A DNA stretch of 64,000 nt from an uncultured Nitrososphaeraceae archaeon (GCA_963779615.1 CAVZZA010000003.1:160001-224000), one strand, 5' to 3'. Positions 1 to 11,235 are shown, counted from the stretch's first letter. Made by a program: numbers and translations. Notes: a model not told the origin generated them from the letters alone.

Positions 1-642
1 CATGCAGGATAGCAGTTTTTATTTCAAAAGCACGGCATTTGTCCTGTAATTCCATAGCATTTTAATTAAAATAAATTGGAATAGGTCTAAACTCTGTCCT
101 CATCCAAATCCCATGCCAAATGGAAACTGTTGGAGTCAAGTTAATCCAAATATCAAATACTGAAAATTTAACCGATAACAAGACGTAAATAATAATCTCC
201 GGCAAAATTAGAAACCGTACTTCTATTCAGCATGGCTATGACTAATGTACATCTGAACAGATGGCAAATCTCTATGGTTTACCACCAGTCCCGTTATTTT
301 ATCCATTCTCATTGTACTTTTCAAATTATTTTTAAGCATTCCACTCAATACCCTGTACTTTTTAATCGACAAATGACGATGCACTACTGGCAGACTCTTA
401 CCCAGTATTCTTCACACATACTTTGAGATTTGAGAGCAAAAATGGATTTGTAAAGGGTCTAGAAACTTGTGAAAAACTATGTCAAAGTAGTTGCAATTCA
501 GACTGCATTGCAAATTATTGTAACATGCGTAACATCAGAATTCCCAACATGCGTTTCACTTCACTCTAAAAAAGATCTTTTTCATTCTACTCAGATATAC
601 CATGTGTAATCTCTTTTGTTCATTCTTAAAATACACAAGCAA

Positions 643-1220
643 ATGGGCCGCATAATTGCATCATTTAGGCAACTAATTGAAATTGAAAAACTTTATTGTT
701 CCCCATACAAGAAATTGTTACCAGGTAAAAAGCATTTGGTGTGATATTTGAAAGCGCCAGATTGTATGCTTCATATTTGTCATGCCGTAAATCCAATTGT
801 TTTTGAATCGGTAATAATGGCGACCCTTTTCCATAATTATAAAACTCTGTTAGAGATTAACAAAGAAGATGACAAAGCCAATGAAAATGTAGTCACAAAT
901 GAGATAAAGGTATTGGCAGAAGACAAACCACAGGGAAGAATACTGTTTGATAGCATCTGCAAAAAGTGGAAGGGTCTCTAGTAGGGTTCTTACATAAAGG
1001 AGACAGAGAACTATTATTAAAAAAGATATCAGAAATATGTAATTATAATGAAAGCAGTTTTGATACGATAGCAAACAATAAAGAGTCAGAATCTCACATG
1101 ATGAATCTTTTCTTTTTATTAGTCATAATACAACAGCAGGGATTATTAAACAAAATAAACAAAAACTCGGATACAAAAAATAAAGCATCTGCACCATTAT
1201 TAGACTTTATGCCCAGGTAA
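643..1220 (+). pseudogene. Frameshifted arCOG07300-like (PolB2-associated small protein family) gene
   Basis: Joining frames from ATG 643 gives MGRIIASFRQLIEIEKL..PYKKLLP/KKAFGVIFESARLYASYL/HAVNPIVFESVIMATLFHNYKTL. This resembles the archaeal 'MGRT.PSFR' family. It is split over ORFs 748-981 and 966-1220. Confidence 0.5.
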
Positions 1221-1340
1221 ATTATATACCGAAATATAGACATAAGCCAAATCCATAGTTTGCAATAAAGCATTTTCAAGATAAAAAGCTCAAAGATATA
1301 TTATAATTGCTGAACAAACTACTACTATTCGTTAAAAGCC

Positions 1341-1931
1341 TTGGAACCAACTACAAGATTCCCAAAATGGATGTGGAGGATTGCTTCAAAATTTAACCCC
1401 AATAAAAAAAACCAAAAGGCGGCAATAAAAAAGAAATTGATTCCATATTTAGGCAAGCCAATATTTGAAGGTGAAATAAAAGACAAAAGGGATTTGTATG
1501 ACAGAAGAATGGATGAAATTACCTTTAGAGTTGCATATAAAGGCAGAATAAAACAGGGGTTATTGGCGACTGTAATTGTCCCTCCAACGGATTTTCCTCC
1601 TGACACCCCTCATTTAGATAAGGAAAGCGGCAATGTGACATCCTTTTGTGTTCAAACACTTAAAAAAATAGACAATTCAAAACACATCAACAATATACAA
1701 AAAGATATAGGGACTCTTGATGGCCATAACATAGAAATTAGCGGATTAGAGTGGAAGTGGAAAATTCCTGAACTTGCACCGCTAGGCGAGAATAAAGCAA
1801 TAATAGGCATGTGGGGAGTCTCAACTAATAATAATGAAAAAATTGAATTGATACAAGCTTTTGACGATTCATTTACTGTAGTTGATTCCAACCCTCCCCA
1901 TTTTCAACAACAAGAACCATTTTTTGACTGA
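1341..1931 (+). CDS. Hypothetical protein
   Basis: 196-aa ORF with host-like composition; no motif recognised; start uncertain. Confidence 0.5.
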   Translation: MEPTTRFPKWMWRIASKFNPNKKNQKAAIKKKLIPYLGKPIFEGEIKDKRDLYDRRMDEITFRVAYKGRIKQGLLATVIVPPTDFPPDTPHLDKESGNVTSFCVQTLKKIDNSKHINNIQKDIGTLDGHNIEISGLEWKWKIPELAPLGENKAIIGMWGVSTNNNEKIELIQAFDDSFTVVDSNPPHFQQQEPFFD

Positions 1932-2704
1932 TTCCTAATTTGTATTGTTCATGTTCTTTTTGACCGACCACAATGTTTACATCTACAATAATGCGTGTCA
2001 ACCATAAACTCATGTTTTCGTCATCAATCAACAGTTTAGGTCTTTATCTATCAATAATATCATTTAAAGTAATGATACCTGCATACTCATCAAGTTCCTT
2101 TGTTATAGGCACGTGTCAAAAAGTAATGACATCCCTATTTCAAGATATCAAGCAAGCAGCAAAAGAACTAACAAACAGATCAAAGGGATCACATCATTAC
2201 TTATCATAACAAAAAAGAAGAGATGGTTAAATTTTGAAACAAAAAAAGCTATTTTCTCAATTGCAGTGGCTGATTTAAAGTGGCTCTGAAGGATTGCCAC
2301 AAGAATTTTTGGGCATTCGTCAACTACTTCTCACTTGAATCAAATTCACCCATGTGAAGGCAACTACAAACCTCTGGCCTATAGGGTGCATATCCAAAAA
2401 CAAAGATCTGGTGAAGGCGATATTGAGCCCTAGCACCAACCAACATACCAATAGATGCACTATTGATTATGTGTTAAAGCAGGATCAGCATCTGTAAACT
2501 TTTATTTTTTATCATAATTGTATCCATTTACGTTTTCTAGGGAATCAATAGGCATATTAATACATCCTGGGCACAAATCCAACAAGTAACAATGCCTCAT
2601 CTGTCACCACCTAATCAATGAAGGAGATTGCATACTAATCTTTACTAATGTTGGTAAGAATATCTGTAAAGTTTAAACAACTACCTCGACATAGAGAATA
2701 TAAA

Positions 2705-3146
2705 TTGAAAGAAATTCGCACCGAGATTGATATCAACGCATCTCCCGAGAAGGCATGGAAGGTATTAACAGATTTTAATGGCTTTCCGCAGTGGAACCCT
2801 TTTATTCGCCAAATAAAAGGATCCCCTACGCTCGGAACAAAGCTCGAAATACATTTGCACACCTCAAGTGGAAAGAGCAGAACCTATCGACCAACAGTGA
2901 CAAAGGTCAAGCCACATCAAGAACTGCGTTGGTTTGGAAAATCAATTATACCGGGAATTTTCAATGGCGAACGTATTTTTACTCTGGAACCACTGAAAAC
3001 AAATCAAGTACCGCTTTGTACATATGGAGATCTTTACGGGATTAGGAGTAGCTATTGTAGGCGATCGTTTGGATAAAGACATGTATCAAAGTTTTGTGAA
3101 AATGAATGATGCCTTTAAAGAAAAGGTTGAGCAAGAGTCTAGTTAA
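2705..3146 (+). pseudogene. SRPBCC/polyketide cyclase-like protein, frameshifted near 3010
   Basis: MKEIRTEIDINASPEKAWKVLTDFNGFPQWNPFI is a typical SRPBCC N-terminus. The C-terminus RFVHMEIFTGLGVAIVGDRLDKDMYQSFVKMNDAFKEKVEQ lies in another frame and ends at TAA 3146. Confidence 0.75.
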
Positions 3147-3668
3147 TTGAAGCATGGTCATCGTTTCAAAACTATTTTTAAAGCATCTCAAAGATTCATT
3201 GTGCTATGATTTTAAAACACACTGGCCGAAAGACTTCATATGATCTAAAGGAGCCACCCTTTTTAACATCTGTGCATGATAAGTTGCATAAAGTGGGGCA
3301 TGCTGATTCAAACAAAAAGCGTCATCGTGACAGACCATATGTATTTCCTATTTGGAATTGATGAACAGTGTCCATCATATGTTTTGTCGGTAATTTTAGA
3401 CATAACCAAATGAATAAAACAATCAAGTTTATGAGAGACCATCATCTAGCAAATTGGCCCTACGGGTTTGGTAACAGGCATATTGCGAGGCTAAATTCCA
3501 TAGTCCTCAATTAACAAAATACAAAATCCACATACCTTTTAAAAATCATAAACAAAAACATGTTTTGCAATTTAACAATCACATCAAATATTTTTTCCAA
3601 AAGCCCATTACTGTGGTGAGGATAGGGTGTCTCCTGACTGTTTTGATAAAATAAAAGTTTAAAAAAAA

Positions 3669-3824
3669 TTAAGATAGTGCGTCTTTTATCTTTGTTTTTG
3701 CCTTGTTTAAGGTTTCTGAACTTGGTTTTCCTTCGGCATGATCCTTTGTGGTCTCTGATTTTGCCTCAAGGTCTTGACCTGTGTTTTTCATTTTCTTTAC
3801 GGCGTCATCGATGATATCTGTCAT
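3669..3824 (-). CDS. 51-aa hydrophilic small protein (LEA/CsbD-like composition)
   Basis: MTDIIDDAVKKMKNTGQDLEAKSETTKDHAEGKPSSETLNKAKTKIKDALS*. TTTATAAA lies about 23 nt upstream and a T-run follows the stop. It is below the ORF-track cutoff. Confidence 0.7.
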   Translation of the reverse strand: MTDIIDDAVKKMKNTGQDLEAKSETTKDHAEGKPSSETLNKAKTKIKDALS

Positions 3825-3846
3825 TTATCCATAGTAGTTAACATCA

Positions 3847-3854
3847 TTTATAAA
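3847..3854 (-). promoter_or_regulatory. Archaeal TATA box for the small ORF 3669-3824
   Basis: TTTATAAA at leaderless-promoter spacing from the ATG. Confidence 0.5.
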
Positions 3855-4670
3855 ACTAACCGAGTGAAATCTTCCCCCATTAATTTATACAATCATTTTT
3901 ATTTGTCGTTCAGTAATATCGTTATTTTAAAACTTGACACAAGTTCCAAATTGTAGATTAAACATCATTAAAATAGCAGGATATGAAAACCTTCCTGTTT
4001 AACCATTTGCAGTACTACAACAACCTATTTTTCACAATGTAATGTTTTTATTAGATATATCAATATGTCAATTCATTTCCCTTTTCTAGAAACAAGATGC
4101 AAAAACACAAGGCGAATGTATTGACTATTGATGCCTTTATTATCGCTAGCTGTAAGTGACTTGCAAAAATAATTAGTTGGATAAATTTGGCAAAATCACA
4201 CTAGATAAAAAAAATAATTCCACAGTACAGAATATAGAATGATATAAAAAATATCATTAACACGTATTATATGTTGTTAAAATTAATTATGGATAAAAAT
4301 GTTATTTTTTTTGGTTTCAATTGTTAATTATTCGTTCCCATTTCCAAAATCCTCGATTCTTTGGCATATCTCCTGCGTGTTATTCATGACACAAGGGATC
4401 AAATACTGCTATTGGTTCTTTTGGCAGTATGTACACCTTTATTAAGAAGAACATCCAATTTCATTTATATTTTCAGTAGCTTAATTGCAATATCATAGCC
4501 TCCGTCTACTCTATCGAAAAGACCCATTTGCCCCCTTTTACCATTGATTTATTCCAATCATAAAACATATTCCAAAAATAAGCCAAACAGTTTTTGTTAA
4601 TTTACAAAATCACATGCAAACATATCTGTTAGCACACCCTTTAAAAATTAATTAATTTTTATATCATATA

Positions 4671-6098
4671 GTGCCGGTCTATAACCCTTTTTTAAATTTT
4701 ATAAATAGCATTAGGCTTCCCGAATATGGATATATTGGAATAACAGACATAGAAAAAAAAATAATTGACACAAAGTTTTTTCAAAGACTCAGGAGGATAA
4801 AACAAAGCTCTAATCTCTTTATGGCTTTTCCAGGGGCATCTCATTCAAGGTTTGAACACTCACTGGGTTCGATGTATATCGCAGGGGAGGCCTCAACATA
4901 CATTATTTTGAATTCAAAAAATAAACTTGGCTCCACATCAATAATCGACATAATGGACTCGATTGATTGTAAATCTGAAATAAAAAAACAAATTCAGGTT
5001 ACTAGACTTGCCGCTTTGTTGCATGATGTCGGACATGCCCCTTTCTCCCATACCTTTGAAGAATTTTTGAAGATTGTAAACCCGACTATAGACTGGAAAC
5101 ATGAAAACCTGAGTTTGGAGATAATATACAAAAAGCTCAGCACCCTGTTTAAAGAATCGACCAAAAGCAATATCGAAGCATATGAGGTAATGTCATTACT
5201 GTGTGATTTGTCCCCTGATTTTAAAATCAAAGACAATACGGAAAAGGTTTTACAAAAAATAGGTTTAACGGATGACATCGTTACTAAAATGAATGGTTTC
5301 CTCCAGTCTAGTTGGTATTTGAATCACCTTATAAAAGAGGATCCGTATAATGTTGACAGATTCAACTATTTAATATTAGACTCCAATAGAACAGGCACAA
5401 AAGAATATGGCTTTGTAGATGTGGGAAGAATTATCCAAAACTTATATTTTCTTGAGGATGATAAAGTTGTTACTGTTTCAACCCATGCCAAAGAGGAAGC
5501 ATTGAGGTTTTTTGAGGCGTATTCTCAAATGCACAGATCGATTTATTTACACAAGATATCCCAAGGTGCCGATATACACTTATCGTATATAATGAATGAG
5601 GCTGCAAAAGAGGACAATTCAATCTTTCACAAATTGTCAAACCCCGATATGGAAACCATTTTAGAACTGTCTGATGATGTACTGATATACGAACTAACAA
5701 AGGCCAAAAATAGAAAAACAAGGAAATTAGTAGATGATTACTTAAACAGGAATATTTTATCCCTGGTTCATGAATTTGACCTTGCCGATAATAACAAATT
5801 GACCAGGATAATGGATTCAAAAGGCTCAGAGGGCCTACAAAACGACCTCAGAAAAGAAGCTGGTTTGCCTGATGAAAGAGTAATACTGGTGATAAATACA
5901 ACCAGCAAAAAAGCAACTAAACCTCCCTTGGATGAAATTACATTGAAAAAACTGACATTCTATAATGTTGACACTAAAAAATTAGAGCCTTTAGATGTCG
6001 ATTTATCTAGGCAGTTTTACTCAAATAGCAAATATAGGATTTACAGTGAAAAAGAAGACAAGGAAAAAGTCAAAAGGATAACCTCTGCTTGGACATGA
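4671..6098 (+). CDS. HD-domain phosphohydrolase, SAMHD1/YdhJ-like dNTP triphosphohydrolase family
   Basis: Motifs FQRLRRIKQ, FPGASHSRFEHSLG, AALLHDVGHAPFSHTFE, NVDRFNYLILDS, and YSQMHRSIYLHK. Confidence 0.9.
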   Translation: MPVYNPFLNFINSIRLPEYGYIGITDIEKKIIDTKFFQRLRRIKQSSNLFMAFPGASHSRFEHSLGSMYIAGEASTYIILNSKNKLGSTSIIDIMDSIDCKSEIKKQIQVTRLAALLHDVGHAPFSHTFEEFLKIVNPTIDWKHENLSLEIIYKKLSTLFKESTKSNIEAYEVMSLLCDLSPDFKIKDNTEKVLQKIGLTDDIVTKMNGFLQSSWYLNHLIKEDPYNVDRFNYLILDSNRTGTKEYGFVDVGRIIQNLYFLEDDKVVTVSTHAKEEALRFFEAYSQMHRSIYLHKISQGADIHLSYIMNEAAKEDNSIFHKLSNPDMETILELSDDVLIYELTKAKNRKTRKLVDDYLNRNILSLVHEFDLADNNKLTRIMDSKGSEGLQNDLRKEAGLPDERVILVINTTSKKATKPPLDEITLKKLTFYNVDTKKLEPLDVDLSRQFYSNSKYRIYSEKEDKEKVKRITSAWT

Positions 6099-6519
6099 TG
6101 AGAGAATCTAGCACAAGCAATATTGAGAACGGTATTTTTCGATAAATTTGTTGATTTGGAAAAAATTATTTCTAAAAAATTTTCCGGCTCTGTTATCCTA
6201 GACGTTGTTTCTTCATTCAACGGATAACCCACAAAAAGGTTCTTTCAATTGAGAACCTGTTTTAACTTGCATTTCTTTCCTTTAATTAATCAGTGTTAAT
6301 AACAACTAAAAAAAAGTTTGAATGTATAACAAATATTGGCCAGTTTGCATTTCCCTGTCCCCGAACTTACTGCTGTTACAATGGACTTGCTTCTTCTTGT
6401 AGGCAATATTTGAATTACATATCATAATATGAATATTAAATATTTGAGTTTGTGAAATTAACTCTATGTTATTTTTCTGTTTGAATAATCCATTAGCCTA
6501 ATTGAAAAGCCTTTAGGAA

Positions 6520-6726
6520 TGTGGCGGTTCATTGCCTGTGACAAATCCAAACAAATCAGCCAAAGGATAAGATTTCGGAAATCCCATATAACTATGAGGT
6601 TGTGGCAATGATTACACCTGGTAAAAGAGGACCAAAACAAAATTTGCAAAGAATTTGCAAGAAAAAGCACATCCAAACTATGGAAAACCATCAAAGAAAA
6701 TAGTTATGGTAGGCCGCTTTATCTGA
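6520..6726 (+). pseudogene. Nitroreductase-family remnant
   Basis: Fragments WRFIA, EIPYNYEVVAMITPGKRGPKQNL and LQEKAHPNYGKPSKKIVMVGRFI* resemble a nitroreductase C-terminus with internal deletion and frameshifts. Confidence 0.45.
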
Positions 6727-7034
6727 AAATAGACTGGATACTTTGTAAACAAACATTATTTCGATTCCAATCGTTTAAACTGCTTCTTAGAGGATAAATA
6801 TTGTTCGTGTTGCTATTAACCCTTACTTGCCTACAGAACAAACATTGTAGATTGAATCTGGCTATTTAGTGTTACAGATATGGGATTTGTATCGTCAGCA
6901 CTAACAGAAAATAAAAATAACCCAACAGCATTTATAACTATTTCATTTCACCAAAGAAAATCCATGATTCTAAAGATATTTACTTTCTTTATCTTTACAA
7001 ACTCTGTGACTGTGTGATCAGAGCCGACTCTATT

Positions 7035-7244
7035 TTATTTCAAAAATTCTAATGACATCATAGGATTCTTATCGTTATAAACTCGTCGATTTTTCACAGC
7101 GGGAAGTTCGTTTCTATATTTACGGCATAACTCATAATAGTAATCATTAGAATACTCAAAATCCTTGTTGTGTTCTATTAATCGTTCTAGTTCGTTATCA
7201 TCAACAACAATGCTTTTATCCCTTGTACCATTGATTAATTCCAT
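7035..7244 (-). CDS. Small hypothetical protein
   Basis: 69-aa charged ORF with an ATG start; no motif. Confidence 0.35.
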   Translation of the reverse strand: MELINGTRDKSIVVDDNELERLIEHNKDFEYSNDYYYELCRKYRNELPAVKNRRVYNDKNPMMSLEFLK

Positions 7245-7726
7245 TTAGGAATACTTTTTGATATCCAAAGATATCACTTAATGCCTGCATGAAATTATGC
7301 AAAAGACATATCCAATCGTTGTTTTTCACTCAACACCATAGATTCAGGTTTTAGTGTGCGGCCAATCCAGCATGTCCACCCTTTTTCATGTTTTGTCCCT
7401 TTCGTTTTCCCGCCAATTTTAACTAAATCCTGCCAACAGTATCAAGGGAATTTGGGAGGCAACGAGCCAAATGAATATGTGCAACTGAAAAAAAATGCAG
7501 GTCTGACAGATATTAAATACGTGTGTCAGACGTACCAACCAAGTCGTGCCGAAAAATAGGTTTAAGAAATTATTCCTTTTAGACTAATTACCATATTTCC
7601 ATAGTAATGCATTAGGGCTACCACACAATATTTTTTTCTTTAGATAAAAACCAGAAAAAAGGTTACCTGCCTAATGGCCTATTGTCCTGACATCCAATAA
7701 CTACCTTTATACTTGCATGCTCATAC

Positions 7727-8245
7727 TTATTTTGCTTTACCGTTAGCAGAAGAATTGTTCAAACTACAACTCCTGGTTATTCTATTATGGACTGAATATA
7801 ATGCCCAAACCATTATGAAAATCGAAAGTAGTCGCAAGTGTATTTGATAATTGGTAAGAAATCCTGTGGCAACTATTCCGGCTCCCCCAAAGGCAGATAT
7901 CACGAGGAATCCGATTGACGAACAGCTAGCACATACACCGGAAGCTATTCCCACGAAAGAACCTGAAAATAACGATTTATCTAATTTCAAGCCGGAGTAT
8001 CTGATTACATAAACATTCATGGATACTACAATACCCAAAAGAAATGCAATTACGTTGGTAAATATAAATCCCACCATAGCGTCATTTGGAACATAAAAGA
8101 ACAGTACAGGGGAGAAAAACAACAGCTGGTCCATAACATTAAAGAATATCCAAAGCGACGAGAACACACAAACAGAGACTAGCGCATATAAAAAGGGATT
8201 TGAACAGTAAACCGTTCTGAATGCAAGTGGCAACATAGTTTTCAT
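7727..8245 (-). CDS. Multi-pass membrane protein with a CxxC (CASC) motif
   Basis: About 4 hydrophobic segments and GVCASCSS; directly downstream of, and co-oriented with, the DsbA gene. Confidence 0.8.
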   Translation of the reverse strand: MKTMLPLAFRTVYCSNPFLYALVSVCVFSSLWIFFNVMDQLLFFSPVLFFYVPNDAMVGFIFTNVIAFLLGIVVSMNVYVIRYSGLKLDKSLFSGSFVGIASGVCASCSSIGFLVISAFGGAGIVATGFLTNYQIHLRLLSIFIMVWALYSVHNRITRSCSLNNSSANGKAK

Positions 8246-8335
8246 ATTCTTATAAATAGCGGTTGTTCTTGTCTTTCATAAGTCATTTCTTTTTGAATAA
8301 ATTTACCATAATAATGTAGAAGATTGAAATATGAT

Positions 8336-9094
8336 TTATTGGGACTTGTTTTCATTTTTTTCTAATTTGTCTATAATAGCCTTGAAAATTGGGAATGGCT
8401 TTGGACCCTCAATTTTGTGCATATTGAGACCACTAGCATCCATTACCACAAATGATGGTGTCTCGGTAAACCCCAACGAATTTGCCAATTTAATGTCGCT
8501 ATTCACAAATGCCTCATGTTTTTTATTGTCAAAGCAATTGTTGAACTGATTCAAGTCAAGTCCTTGTATTTGTGAGGCAAATTTTTTTAAGTTTTTGATG
8601 TTGGCCCATCCCGAATCTATGAGACCCTGGTTTTTATATAAAATTTTATGATATTCCCAAAATTTTCCCTGGTCATTCATGCATTGGGCGGCAAGTGACA
8701 CAGGCTTGGAATCAAACCCCCTGTTTGGAAGGTGCTTAAACACATAGATCGCCTTACCTGTTTGAACATACGTAGAGTTGATTTGTTGTTCAGTATTGTC
8801 GACATGTCTCTTACACAAGTGACATTGAAAATCACTAAAGTCCACAATCACTATTGGAGCGGACTTGCTTCCATAATAAGGAGAGCCCTGCTCAATTAAA
8901 CCAGGCAAAGTGAGGTTATTTCCAGTTTGTGCAAAAACAAATGTTTCGGTCATTTGATTTAAACCAAGTGGAACAGAAGTCAATGCCATCACCACAGTTA
9001 AATTCAAAAAAAATACAAAGACAACAAAAAAGCGAGCAAAGCGAGTGTTGTGTTCATTACACAGTGCTGTTTTTTCCAGATTTTCATTATTCAT
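8336..9094 (-). CDS. DsbA/BdbD-family thiol-disulfide oxidoreductase, exported
   Basis: GSKSAPIVIVDFSDFQCHLC, cis-Pro motif TETPSF, and an N-terminal hydrophobic segment. Confidence 0.9.
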   Translation of the reverse strand: MNNENLEKTALCNEHNTRFARFFVVFVFFLNLTVVMALTSVPLGLNQMTETFVFAQTGNNLTLPGLIEQGSPYYGSKSAPIVIVDFSDFQCHLCKRHVDNTEQQINSTYVQTGKAIYVFKHLPNRGFDSKPVSLAAQCMNDQGKFWEYHKILYKNQGLIDSGWANIKNLKKFASQIQGLDLNQFNNCFDNKKHEAFVNSDIKLANSLGFTETPSFVVMDASGLNMHKIEGPKPFPIFKAIIDKLEKNENKSQ

Positions 9095-9555
9095 TTTGTT
9101 AAATATGCATATAACATGGATAATGCTAAATTTAATTTAAATACATGGTTTCTAACGCATATCGTATAATCTCACTCATCTGCTATTATTAGTAGTTAAA
9201 CCAAATAGTGAAAAAAGTAACATATACATTAACAAGAGTACACAGCGGACAGGCATCAATTGTTAGATTGCGCATTTTATTGGAATTATTTAGATTTGAT
9301 TGCATTGTGATATTTTATTTTTTATTTCATTACCACCCCGCTATTGATAACATTTTTTGTGCTCTTTCCAGTATCGCGTCCAGCCCATAAACTATTTCTG
9401 TATCATGGCTATGTGACATGTTTCCATTGGAACCTAAAAAGATGGATTCAATTTGGTTATTGAAACTGTCTTAATTTTTAAAGGTTCAATTACTTTGACG
9501 TGCAAAAACAAAAAAGTAAACTATTTGGCGCATGAGTTTATGTTCACACCTAGCC

Positions 9556-9957
9556 CTATAAAAATAGGCAAATCTGGGATATGACATTCTTAGGGCTCCG
9601 CATGACCTCGTGTTCCCAAAACTCCAAGACAATCCACCCCTCGCTAAGCAGACTCTCTTTTACCCTTATCCGTCTTTTTTTGTTGGAGTTCAACTTTTCT
9701 CTCCAAAATGAAACATTGCTCTTTGGCTCCCGGTAGCACTCAACACACCCATGCCAAAAGCAACCGTCGATGAATACCGCTGTTTTTCTAGACTTGTTGG
9801 TCAGGTCTGGCTTTCCGAAAATTGATTTGTCGTGAATTCGGTATCTCTTTCCCTTGGCCCACAGAAGTTTTCGTATTGTTGTCTCAGGCTTTGTGTTTTT
9901 GGACCTGATGCGGGACATTACTTTGCTTCTCTTTTCTGGGCTCATCCGGTCTGGCAC
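9556..9957 (-). CDS. vsr: Very short patch repair endonuclease
   Basis: PDRMSPEKRSKVMSRIRSKNTKPE, GKPD, FIDGCFWHGC, FWEHE; GTG start at 9957 likely. Confidence 0.92.
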   Translation of the reverse strand: MPDRMSPEKRSKVMSRIRSKNTKPETTIRKLLWAKGKRYRIHDKSIFGKPDLTNKSRKTAVFIDGCFWHGCVECYREPKSNVSFWREKLNSNKKRRIRVKESLLSEGWIVLEFWEHEVMRSPKNVISQICLFL

Positions 9958-10433
9958 ACACCATATATTGACAGTCTGACTTCTATGTCTTTCATTGGCG
10001 CACATAACACGCACTCAAGAAATGGATTCGCCTGGTAGCCAGTTTCAAAATCGTGTCCTTCCTTAACGGTGAGACACATCAATACATTGTTGAAAAACCA
10101 CCCAATGGATTTAACATCAATCCAATCCAATCGATTATCCGATTCCATAAAGTCATCTAAAATTTTTTTTGCTATGGCCAATGATGTCTTGGAGTTACAT
10201 ATTATATTTATTTATTTATTTATTTATTTATTTATGATATGGAAAAACATATAGCATATTTATCCAAATGAGTCAGACTGATACATTCAAGCAGTTTATC
10301 TCTTTTCAAATACCATAACAATATAGAATTAGCCATGGGATAATCTGTTACCGGTCTAATGTTTTTGGTAATAGAGATTTAGCAAGGGTGCCATGGATTT
10401 GTTCTCCTTTAACATTCATGGACACATGTCAAA

Positions 10434-10441
10434 TTTATAAA
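10434..10441 (+). promoter_or_regulatory. Archaeal TATA box
   Basis: TTTATAAA about 23 nt upstream of ATG 10464. Confidence 0.5.
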
Positions 10442-10463
10442 TCAAATACTTTGTACTTATGTA

Positions 10464-11024
10464 ATGCATTTGCATGTATCAAAAACGATATGCCTATTAG
10501 TATCTTTATCACTGATTACCATTTTTCTGTCCTTTAGCAACAATGCTATCATATACGGCCAGGTGATAAACAACAGCGCACATGACAACAGCATAGAAAA
10601 CAGCACTGCTATAACATCTGGAAACAGCCAAGACAAGTCAGACAAGGAAATAAGAAACGATAAGATTGTAAGGGAATTTTACAGCAATGTATTCGTTGCC
10701 AAAAATGCTTCCGCTGCAGTCAATTATCTGGAAGAGAATTACATACAACACAATCCAAATGTCCCAACAGGAAGAGAGGCCTTCATTGACGCATTTACAC
10801 AAATCTTTGAGCAAAACCCCAAATTCAATACACAAATACAAAGAATCTACACAGATGGAGATTACGTCATAGTGCACTCATTTGCTCCATTTGGAGAGAC
10901 AGGCAATGCAATAGTTGACATCTATAGGGTGATTGATAATGGAAAAATCGCAGAACATTGGGATGTTCTTCAACAAATACCATTAAATCCGGCAAACAAC
11001 AATACTATGTTTTATCAAGAGTAG
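10464..11024 (+). CDS. Secreted SnoaL/NTF2-like protein
   Basis: Signal peptide; YIQHNPNVPTGREAF, DGDYVIVHS, and VDIYRV..GKIAEHWDVLQ. Confidence 0.88.
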   Translation: MHLHVSKTICLLVSLSLITIFLSFSNNAIIYGQVINNSAHDNSIENSTAITSGNSQDKSDKEIRNDKIVREFYSNVFVAKNASAAVNYLEENYIQHNPNVPTGREAFIDAFTQIFEQNPKFNTQIQRIYTDGDYVIVHSFAPFGETGNAIVDIYRVIDNGKIAEHWDVLQQIPLNPANNNTMFYQE

Positions 11025-11141
11025 GTATCTCCAATTCCCTTTCTTTTCTATTTGTTTTTGTTGACATTTTTACATGGCAATACAAATACATTCCAAAATC
11101 AAAAATACCATCGAAAGGCTCTATCCTCCATTTGAGAGGTT

Positions 11142-11234
11142 GCAGAGGCAACACCAAAGTTATGGCGTTACCATCGTTTTGATTATCTTCATTCAGCATT
11201 ACTTCCGTATAAGCTAAAAAGCAACATCATGTTT
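11142..11234. repeat. 93-bp dispersed repeat, copy 1 (copy 2 at 31135-31227)
   Basis: Manual alignment: 5 mismatches in 93 bp, same orientation. Confidence 0.9.
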
Positions 11235-11235
11235 T

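Noticed and set aside
4330-4530. Possible phosphoribosyltransferase relic (MGLFDRVDGG...) on the minus strand
   Set aside because: Similarity is too short to support.
10206-10235. (ATTT)n microsatellite
   Set aside because: Expected in AT-rich intergenic DNA; no link to a gene start.
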